Part shown: positions 39,293 to 49,744 of the stretch, piece after piece
How positions within the stretch are numbered: position 1 is the stretch's first letter
Layout: every line of letters starts with the position of its first letter
Assembly (NCBI GenBank): GCA_964016885.1
Contig: OZ024746.1
Location: 52,514,001-52,578,000 of the forward strand
Reading direction: 5' to 3'
Length of the DNA stretch: 64,000 bases
From: Eledone cirrhosa
Taxonomy: Eukaryota
Notes under the pieces: model-generated
Told to the model about the DNA's origin: nothing
Databases searched by the model: none
Seen by the model: the letters and a program-made list of their open reading frames with translations, nothing else
Position numbers and translations under genes: made by a program

Positions 39293-42200
39293 TGTAGTTA
39301 GGGGTTGCTGAGATGGTAGTGTTGTTGTTGTTGTTATTGTAGTCAGTGGTTGCTGAGATCGTAGTGTTGTTGTTGTTATTGTATTTAGAGGTTGCTGAGA
39401 TGGTAGTGTTGTTGTTGTTGTTATTGTAGTTAGTGGTTGCTGAGATCGTAGTGTTGTTGTTGTTATTGTAGTTAGAGGTTGCTGAGATGGTAGTGTTGTT
39501 GTTGTTATTGTAGTTAGTGGTTGCTGTGATGGTAGTGTTGTTGTTGTTATTGTAGTTAGTGGTGGCTGAGAAGGTAGTGTTGTTGTTGTTATTGTCGTTA
39601 GGGGTTGCTGTGATGGTAGTGTTGTTATTCTTGTTATTGTAGTTAGTGGTTGCTGTGATGGTAGTGTTGTTGTTGTTATTGTAGTTAGTGGTTGCTGTGA
39701 TGGTAGTGTTGTTGTTGTTGTTATTGTAGTTAGTGGTTGCTGTGATGGTAGTGTTGTTGTTGTTGTTATTGTAGTTAGTGGTTGCTGTGATGGTAGTGTT
39801 GTTGTTGTTGTTATTGTAGTTAGTGGTTGCTGTGATGGTAGTGTTGTTGTTGTTGTTATTGTAGTTAGTGGTTTCTGTGATGGTAGTGTTGTTGTTGTTA
39901 TTGTAGTTAGTGGTTGCTGTGATGGTAGTGTTGTTGTTGTTATTGTAGTTAGAGGTTGCTGTAATGGTAGTGTTGTTGTTGTTATTGTAGTTAGTGGTTG
40001 CTGTGATGGTAGTGTTGTTGTTGTTGTTATTGTAGTTAGTGGTTGCTGTGATGGTAGTGTTGTTGTTGTTGTTATTGTAGTTAGTGGTTGCTGTGATGGT
40101 AGTGTTGTTGTTGTTGTTATTGTAGTTAGTGGTTTCTGTGATGGTAGTGTTGTTGTTGTTATTGTAGTTAGTGGTTGCTGTGATGGTAGTGTTGTTGTTG
40201 TTATTGTAGTTAGTGGTTGCTGAGATGGTAGTGTTGTTGTTGTTGTTGTAGTTAGTGGTTGCTATGATGGTAGTGTTGTTGTTATTATTCTAGTTAGTTG
40301 TTGCTGTGTTGGTAGTGTTGTTGTTGTTATTGTAGTTAGTGGTTGCTGAGATGGTAGTGTTGTTGTTGTTGATGTTATTGTAGTTAGTGGTTGCTGAGAT
40401 GGTAGTGTTGTTGTTGTTATTCTAGTTATTGGTTGCTGTGTTGGTAGTGTTGTTGTTGTTGTTATTGTAGTTAGTGGTTTCTGTGATGGTAGTGTTGTTG
40501 TTGTTTTTGTTATTGTAGTTAGAGATTGCTGAGATGGTAGTGTTGTTGTTATTGTTATTGTAGTTAGTGGTTGTTTTGATGGTAATGTTGTTGTTATTGT
40601 TATTGTAGTTAGAGGTTGCTGTGTTGGTAGTGTTGTTGTTGTTATTGTAGTTAGTGGTTGTTGTGATGGTAGTGTTGTTGTTGTTGTTGTAGTTAGTGGT
40701 TGATGTGATGGTAGTGTTGTTGTTGTTGTTGTAGCTAGTGGTTGCTGTGTTGGTAGTGTTGTTGTTGTTATTGTAGTTAGTGGTTGTTGTGATGGTAGTG
40801 TTGTTGTTGTTGTTGTAGTTAGTGGTTGATGTGATGGTAGTGTTGTTGTTGTTATTGTAGTTAGTGGTTGTTGTGATGGTAGTGTTGTTGTTGTTGTTGT
40901 AGTTAGTGGTTGATGTGATGGTAGTGTTGTTGTTGTTATTGTAGTTAGTGGTTGTTGTGATGGTAGTGTTGTTGTTGTTGTTGTAGTTAGTGGTTGTTGT
41001 GATGGTAGTGTGGTTGTTGTTGTTGTAGTTAGTGGTTGATGTGATGGTAGTGTTGTTGTTGTTATTGTAGTTAGTGGTTGCTGTGATGCTAGTGTTGTTG
41101 TTATTGTTATTGTAGTTAGTGGTTGTTGTGATGGTAATGTTGTTGTTATTGTTATTGTAGTTAGAGATTGCTGTGTTGGTAGTGTTGTTGTTGTTATTGT
41201 AGCTAGTGGTTGCTGTGTTGGTAGTGTTGTTGTTGTTATTGTAGTTAGTGGTTGTTGTGATGGATAGTGTTGTTGTTGTTGTTGTAGTTAGTGGTTGATG
41301 TGATGGAAGTGTTGTTATTGTTATTGTAGTTAGTGGTTGCTGTGATGGTAGTGTTGTTGTTGTTGTTGTTGTAGTTAGTGGTTGTTGTGATGGTAGTGTT
41401 GTTGTTGTTGTTGTTGGAGTTAGTGGTTGATGTGATGGTAGTGTTGTTGTTGTTATTGTAGTTAGTGGTTGTTGTGATGGTAGTGTTGTTGTTGTTGTTG
41501 TAGTTAGTGGTTGATGTGATGGTAGTGTTGTTGTTGTTATTGTAGTTAGTGGTTTCTGTGATGGTAGTGTTGTTGTTGTTGTTATTGTAGTTAGTGGTTG
41601 CTGAGATAATAGTGTTGTTGTTGTTGTTATTGTAGTTAGTGGTTGCTGAGATGGTAGTGTTGTTGTTGTTGTTATTGTAGTTAGTGGTTGCTGAGATGGT
41701 AGTGTTGTTGTTGTTGTTGTTATTGTAGTTAGTGGTTTCTGTGATGGTAGTGTTGTTGTTGTTGTTATTGTAGTTAGTGGTTGCTGTGATGGTAGTGTTG
41801 TTGTTGTTATTGTAGTTAGTGGTTGCTGAGATGGTAGTGTTGTTGTTGTTGTTATTGTAGTTAGTGGTTGCTGAGATGGTAGTGTTGTTGTTGTTGTTAT
41901 TGTAGTTAGTGGTTTCTGTGATGGTAGTGTTGTTGTTGTTGTTATTGTAGTTAGTGGTTGCTGAGATGGTAGTGTTGTTGTTGTTGTTATTGTTGTTAGA
42001 GGTTGCTGAGATGGTAGTATTGTTGTTGTTGTTATTGTAGTTAGAGGTTGCTGTGATGGTAGTGTTGTTGTTGTTGTTATTGTAGTTAGTGGTTTCTGTG
42101 ATGGTAGTGTTGTTGTTCTTGTTATTATAGTTAATGGTTTCTGTGATGGTAGTGTTGTTGTTGTATTCTAGTTAATGGTTGCTGTGATGGTAGTGTTGTT

Positions 42201-45200
42201 GTTATTATTGTAGTTAGAGCTTGCTGAGATGGTAGTGTTGTTGTTGTTATTGTAGTTAGTGGTTTCTGTGATGGTAGTGTTGTTGTTGTTATTGTAGTTA
42301 GTGGTTGCTGAGATGGTAGTGTTGTTGTTGTTGTTATTGTAGTTAGAGGTTGCTGTGATGGTAGTGTTGTTGTTGTTGCTATTGTAGTTAGTGGTTTCTG
42401 TGATGGTAGTGTTGTTGTTGTTGTTATTGTAGTTAGTGGTTGCTGAGATAATAGTGTTGTTGTTGTTGTTATTGTAGTTAGTGGTTGCTGAGATGATAGT
42501 GTTGTTGTTGTTGTTATTGTAGTTAGTGGTTGCTGAGATGGTAGTGTTGTTGTTGTTATTGTAGTTAGTGGTTGCTGAGATGGTAGTGTTGTTGTTGTTA
42601 TTGTAGTTAGTGGTTGCTGAGATGGTAGTGTTGTTGTTGTTGTTATTGTAGTTAGTGGTTGCTGTGATGGTAGTGTTGTTGTTGTTGTTATTGTAGTTAG
42701 TGGTTTTTGTGATGGTAGTGTTGTTGTTGTTATTGTAGTTAGTGGTTGCTGTGATGGTAGTGTTGTTGTTGTTATTGTAGTTAGTTGTTGCTGAGATGGT
42801 AGTGTTGTTGTTGTTGTTATTGTAGTTAGTGGTTTTTGTGATGGTAGTGTTGTTGTTGTTGTTATTGTAGTTAGTGGTTGCTGAGATGGTAGTGTTGTTG
42901 TTGTTATTGTAGTTAGTGGTTGCTGAGATGGTAGTGTTGTTGTTGTTGTTATTGTAGTTAGTGGTTTCTGTGATGGTAGTGTTGTTGTTGTTGTTGTTAT
43001 TGTAGTTAGTGGTTGCTGAGATAATAGTGTTGTTGTTGTTGTTATTGTAGTTAGTGGTTGCTGAGATGGTAGTGTTGTTGTTGTTGTTATTGTAGTTAGT
43101 GGTTTCTGTGATGGTAGTGTTGTTGTTGTTGTTATTGTAGTTAGTGGTTGCTGAGATAATAGTGTTGTTGTTGTTGTTATTGTAGTTAGTGGTTGCTGAG
43201 ATGGTAGTGTTGTTGTTGTTGTTATTGTAGTTAGTGGTTGCTGAGATGGTAGTGTTGTTGTTGTTGTTGTTATTGTAGTTAGTGGTTTCTGTGATGGTAG
43301 TGTTGTTGTTGTTGTTATTGTAGTTAGTGGTTGCTGTGATGGTAGTGTTGTTGTTGTTATTGTAGTTAGTGGTTGCTGAGATGGTAGTGTTGTTGTTGTT
43401 GTTATTGTAGTTAGTGGTTGCTGAGATGGTAGTGTTGTTGTTGTTGTTATTGTAGTTAGTGGTTGCTGAGATGGTAGTGTTGTTGTTGTTGTTATTGTTG
43501 TTAGAGGTTGCTGAGATGGTAGTGTTGTTGTTGTTATTGTAGTTAGTGGTTGTTGTGATGGTAGTGTTGTTGTTGTTGTTGTAGTTAGTGGTTTCTGTGA
43601 TGGTAGTGTTGTTGTTGTTATTGTAGTTAGAGCTTGCTGAGATGGTAGTGTTGTTGTTGTTATTGTAGTTAGTGGTTTCTGTGATGGTAGTGTTGTTGTT
43701 GTTATTGTAGTTAGTGGTTGCTGAGATGGTAGTGTTGTTGTTGTTATTGCAGTTAGTGGTTGCTGAGATGGTAGTGTTGTTGTTGTTATTGTAGTTATTG
43801 GTTGCTGAGATGGTAGTGTTGTTGTTGTCATTGTAGTTAGTGGTTGCTGAGATGGTAGTGTTGTTGTTGTTATTGTAGTTAGTGGTTGCTGAGATGGTAG
43901 TGTTGTTCTTGTTATTGTAGTTATTGGTTGCTGAGATGGTAGTGTTGTTGTTGTCATTGTAGTTAGTGGTTGCTGAGATGGTAGTGTTGTTGTTGTTATT
44001 GTAGTTAGTGGTTGCTGAGATGGTAGTGTTGTTCTTGTTATTGTAGTTAGTGGTTGCTGAGATGGTAGTGTTGTTGTTGTTATTGTAGTTAGTGGTTGCT
44101 GAGATGGTAGTGTTGTTGTTGTTGTTGTTATTGTAGTTAGTAGTTGCTGTGATGGTAGTGTTGTTGTTGTTGTTATTGTAGTTAGTGGTTGCTGAGATCG
44201 TAGTGTTGTTGTTGTTATTGTAGTTAGAGGTTGCTGAGATGGTAGTGTTGTTGTTGTTATTGTAGTTAGTGGTTGCTGTGATGGTAGTGTTGTTGTTGTT
44301 ATTGTAGTTAGTGGTTGCTGTGATGGTAGTGTTGTTGTTGTTGTTATTGTAGTTAGTGGTTGCTGAGAAGGTAGTGTTGTTGTTATTATTGTCGTTAGTG
44401 GTTGCTGAGATGGTAGTGTTGTTGTTGTTATTGTAGTTAGTGGTTGCTGTGATGGTAGTGTTGTTGTTGTTATTGTAGTTAGTGGTTGCTGTGATGGTAG
44501 TGTTGTTGTTGTTGTTATTGTAGTTAGTGGTTGCTGAGAAGGTAGTGTTGTTGTTGTTATTGTCGTTAGTGGTTGCTGTGATGGTAGTGTTGTTGTTGTT
44601 ATTGTAGTTAGAGGTTGCTGTGATGGTAGTGTTGTTGTTGTTATTGTAGTTAGTGGTTGCTGTGATGGTAGTGTTGTTGTTGTTATTGTAGTTAGTGGTT
44701 GCTGTGATGGTAGTGTTGTTGTTGTTGTTATTGTAGTTAGTGGTTGCTGAGATGGTAGTGTTGTTGTTGTTGTTATTGTAGTTAGTGGTTTCTGTGATGG
44801 TAGTGTTGTTGTTGTTATTGTAGTTAGTGGTTGCTGTGATGGTAGCGTTGTTGTTGTTATTGTAGTTAGTGGTTGCTGAGATGGTAGTGTTGTTGTTGTT
44901 GTTATTGTAGTTAGTAGTTGCTGTGATGGTAGTGTTGTTGTTGTTGTTATTGTAGTTAGTAGTTGCTGTGATGGTAGTGTTGTTGTTGTTGTTATTGTAG
45001 TTAGTGGTTGCTGTGATGGTAGTGTTGTTGTTGTTGTTATTGTAGTTAGTAGTTGCTGTGATGGTAGTGTTGTTGTTGTTATTGTAGTTAGTGGTTGCTG
45101 TGATGGTAGTGTTGTTGTTGTTGTTATTGTAGTTAGTAGTTGCTGTGATGGTAGTGTTGTTGTTGTTGTTATTGTAGTTAGTAGTTGCTGTGATGGTAGT

Positions 45201-45669
45201 GTTGTTGTTGTTATTGTAGTTAGTGGTTGCTGTGATGGTAGTGTTGTTGTTGTTGTTATTGTAGTTAGTGGTTGCTGTGATGGTAGTGTTGTTGTTGTTG
45301 TTATTGTAGTTAGTAGTTGCTGTGATGGTAGTGTTGTTGTTGTTGTTATTGTAGTTAGTAGTTGCTGTGATGGTAGTGTTGTTGTTGTTGTTATTGTAGT
45401 TAGTGGTTGCTGTGATGGTAGTGTTGTTGTTGTTGTTATTGTAGTTAGTAGTTGCTGTGATGGTAGTGTTGTTGTTGTTATTGTAGTTAGTGGTTGCTGT
45501 GATGGTAGTGTTGTTGTTGTTGTTATTGTAGTTAGTGGTTTCTGTGATGGTAGTGTTGTTGTTGTTGTTGTAGTTAGTGGTTGCTATGATGGTAGTGTTG
45601 TTGTTATTATTCTAGTTAGTTGTTGCTGTGTTGGTAGTGTTGTTGTTGTTATTGTAGTTAGTGGTTGCT

Positions 45670-46060
45670 GTGATGGTAGTGTTGTTGTTGTTGATGTTAT
45701 TGTAGTTAGTGGTTGCTGAGATGGTAGTGTTGTTGTTGTTATTCTAGTTATTGGTTGCTGTGTTGGTAGTGTTGTTGTTGTTGTTATTGTAGTTAGTGGT
45801 TGCTGAGATGGTAGTGTTGTTGTTGTTGATGTTATTGTAGTTAGTGGTTGCTGAGATGGTAGTGTTGTTGTTGTTATTCTAGTTATTGGTTGCTGTGTTG
45901 GTAGTGTTGTTGTTGTTGTTATTGTAGTTAGTGGTTGCTGAGATGGTAGTGTTGTTGTTGTTGATGTTATTGTAGTTAGTGGTTGCTGAGATGGTAGTGT
46001 TGTTGTTGTTATTCTAGTTATTGGTTGCTGTGTTGGTAGTGTTGTTGTTGTTGTTATTGT
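45670..46060. repeat. 135-bp three-monomer higher-order repeat (48+42+45), three copies
   Basis: The GTTGATGTTATT marker has GAT at 45693, 45828 and 45963, each followed by ATTCTAGTTATTGG...GTGTTGG. Confidence 0.9.
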
Positions 46061-49000
46061 AGTTAGTGGTTTCTGTGATGGTAGTGTTGTTATTGTTATT
46101 GTAGTTAGTGGTTGCTGAGATGGTAGTGTTGTTGTTGTTGTTATTGTAGTTAGTGGTTGCTGAGATGGTAGTGTTGTTGTTGTTGTTATTGTAGTTAGTG
46201 GTTTCTGTGATGGTAGTGTTGTTGTTGTTGTTATTGTAGTTAGTGGTTGCTGAGATGGTAGTGTTGTTGTTGTTGTTATTGTTGTTAGAGGTTGCTGAGA
46301 TGGTAGTGTTGTTGTTGTTGTTATTGTAGTTAGAGGTTGCTGTGATGGTAGTGTTGTTGTTGTTGTTATTGTAGTTAGTGGTTTCTGTGATGGTAGTGTT
46401 GTTGTTGTTGTTATTATAGTTAGTGGTTTCTGTGATGGTAGTGTTGTTGTTGTTATTCTAGTTAATGGTTGCTGAGATGGTAGTGTTGTTGTTGTTGTTA
46501 TTCTAGTTAATGGTTGCTGTGATGGTAGTGTTGTTGTTATTATTGTAGTTAGAGCTTGCTGAGATGGTAGTGTTGTTGTTGTTATTGTAGTTAGTGGTTT
46601 CTGTGATGGTAGTGTTGTTGTTGTTATTGTAGTTAGTGGTTGCTGAGATGGTAGTGTTGTTGTTGTTGTTATTGTAGTTAGAGGTTGCTGTGATGGTAGT
46701 GTTGTTGTTGTTGCTATTGTAGTTAGTGGTTTCTGTGATGGTAGTGTTGTTGTTGTTGTTATTGTAGTTAGTGGTTGCTGAGATAATAGTGTTGTTGTTG
46801 TTGTTATTGTAGTTAGTGGTTGCTGAGATGATAGTGTTGTTGTTGTTGTTATTGTAGTTAGTGGTTGCTGAGATGGTAGTGTTGTTGTTGTTATTGTAGT
46901 TAGTGGTTGCTGAGATGGTAGTGTTGTTGTTGTTGTTATTGTAGTTAGTGGTTGCTGTGATGGTAGTGTTGTTGTTGTTATTATTGTAGTTAGTGGTTTT
47001 TGTGATGGTAGTGTTGTTGTTGTTATTGTAGTTAGTGGTTGCTGTGATGGTAGTGTTGTTGTTGTTATTGTAGTTAGTGGTTGCTGAGATGGTAGTGTTG
47101 TTGTTGTTGTTATTGTAGTTAGAGGTTGCTGAGATGGTAGTGTTGTTGTTGTTATTGTAGTTAGTGGTTGTTGTGATGGTAGTGTTGTTGTTGTTGTTGT
47201 GTTTAGTGGTTTCTGTGATGGTAGTGTTGTTGTTGTTATTGTAGTTAGAGCTTGCTGAGATGGTAGTGTTGTTGTTGTTATTGTAGTTAGTGGTTTCTGT
47301 GATGGTAGTGTTGTTGTTGTTATTGTAGTTAGTGGTTGCTGAGATGGTAGTGTTGTTGTTGTTATTGCAGTTAGTGGTTGCTGAGATGGTAGTGTTGTTG
47401 TTGTTATTGTAGTTATTGGTTGCTGAGATGGTAGTGTTGTTGTTGTCATTGTAGTTAGTGGTTGCTGAGATGGTAGTGTTGTTGTTGTTATTGTAGTTAG
47501 TGGTTGCTGAGATGGTAGTGTTGTTCTTGTTATTGTAGTTATTGGTTGCTGAGATGGTAGTGTTGTTGTTGTCATTGTAGTTAGTGGTTGCTGAGATGGT
47601 AGTGTTGTTGTTGTTATTGTAGTTAGTGGTTGCTGAGATGGTAGTGTTGTTCTTGTTATTGTAGTTAGTGGTTGCTGAGATGGTAGTGTTGTTGTTGTTA
47701 TTGTAGTTAGTGGTTGCTGAGATGGTAGTGTTGTTGTTGTTGTTGTTATTGTAGTTAGTAGTTGCTGTGATGGTAGTGTTGTTGTTGTTGTTATTGTAGT
47801 TAGTGGTTGCTGAGATCGTAGTGTTGTTGTTGTTATTGTAGTTAGAGGTTGCTGAGATGGTAGTGTTGTTGTTGTTATTGTAGTTAGTGGTTGCTGTGAT
47901 GGTAGTGTTGTTGTTGTTATTGTAGTTAGTGGTGGCTGAGAAGGTAGTGTTGTTGTTGTTATTGTCGTTAGTGGTTGCTGAGATGGTAGTGTTGTTGTTG
48001 TTGTTATTGTAGTTAGTGGTTGCTGAGATGGTAGTGTTGTTGTTGTTATTGTAGTTAGTGGTTGCTGTGATGGTAGTGTTGTTGTTGTTGTTATTGTAGT
48101 TAGTGGTTGCTGAGATGGTAGTGTTGTTGTTGTTGTTATTGTAGTTAGAGATTGCTGAGATGGTAGTGTTGTTGTTGTTGTTGTAGTTAGTGGTTGATGT
48201 GATGGTAGTGTTGTTGTTGTTGTTGTAGCTAGTGGTTGCTGTGTTGGTAGTGTTGTTGTTGTTATTGTAGTTAGTGGTTGTTGTGATGGTAGTGTTGTTG
48301 TTGTTTTTGTTATTGTAGTTAGAGATTGCTGAGATGGTAGTGTTGTTGTTGTTGTTGTAGTTAGTGGTTGATGTGATGGTAGTGTTGTTGTTGTTGTTGT
48401 AGCTAGTGGTTGCTGTGTTGGTAGTGTTGTTGTTGTTATTGTAGTTAGTGGTTGTTGTGATGGTAGTGTTGTTGTTGTTGTTGTTGTAGTTAGTGGTTGA
48501 TGTGATGGTAGTGTTGTTGTTGTTATTGTAGTTAGTGGTTGTTGTGATGGTAGTGTTGTTGTTGTTGTTGTAGTTAGTGGTTGATGTGATGGTAGTGTTG
48601 TTGTTGTTGTTGTTGTAGTTAGTGGTTGATGTGATGGTAGTGTTGTTGTTGTTATTGTAGTTAGTGGTTGTTGTGATGGTAGTGTTGTTGTTGTTATTGT
48701 AGTTAGTGGTTGATGTGATGGTAGTGTTGTTGTTGTTGTTGTAGCCTGTGGTTGCTGTGTTGGTAGTGTTGTTGTTGTTATTGTAGTTAGTGGTTGTTGT
48801 GATGGTAGTGTTGTTGTTGTTGTTGTAGTTAGTGGTTGATGTGATGGTAGTGTTGTTGTTGTTGTTGTAGCTAGTGGTTGCTGTGTTGGTAGTGTTGTTG
48901 TTGTTATTGTAGTTAGTGGTTGTTGTGATGGTAGTGTTGTTGTTGTTGTTGTTGTAGTTAGTGGTTGATGTGATGGTAGTGTTGTTGTTGTTATTGTAGT

Positions 49001-49744
49001 TAGTGGTTGTTGTGATGGTAGTGTTGTTGTTGTTGTAGTTAGTGGTTGATGTGATGGTAGTGTTGTTGTTGTTGTTGTAGTTAGTGGTTGATGTGATGGT
49101 AGTGTTGTTGTTGTTATTGTAGTTAGTGGTTGTTGTGATGGTAGTGTTGTTGTTGTTGCTGTAGTTAGTGGTTGTTGTGATGGTAGTGTGGTTGTTGTTG
49201 TTGTAGTTAGTGGTTGGTGTGATGGTAGTGTTGTTGTTGTTATTGTAGTTAGTGGTTGCTGTGATGCTAGTGTTGTTGTTATTGTTATTGTAGTTAGTGG
49301 TTGTTGTGATGGTAATGTTGTTGTTATTGTTATTGTAGTTAGAGATTGCTGTGTTGGTAGTGTTGTTGTTGTTATTGTAGCTAGTGGTTGCTGTGTTGGT
49401 AGTGTTGTTGTTGTTATTGTAGTTAGTGGTTGTTGTGATGGATAGTGTTGTTGTTGTTGTTGTAGTTAGTGGTTGATGTGATGGAAGTGTTGTTATTGTT
49501 ATTGTAGTTAGTGGTTGCTGTGATGGTAGTGTTGTTGTTGTTGTTGTTGTAGTTAGTGGTTGTTGTGATGGTAGTGTTGTTGTTGTTGTTGTTGTAGTTA
49601 GTGGTTGATGTGATGGTAGTGTTGTTGTTGTTATTGTATTTAGTGGTTGTTGTGATGGTAGTGTTGTTGTTGTTATTGTAGTTAGTGGTTGTTGTGATGG
49701 TAGTGTTGTTGTTGTTGTTGTAGTTAGTGGTTGATGTGATGGTA

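Noticed and set aside
42131-47575. 608-aa and 663-aa ORFs as separate paralogous genes
   Set aside because: There is no promoter, intergenic or unique sequence between them. The shared N-termini come from the duplicated ATG-bearing module, and one ORF ends only because of a probable 1-bp error.
49188-49445. 85-aa plus-strand ORF
   Set aside because: A chance run of monomers without TGA, starting at a GTG variant; pure repeat translation.
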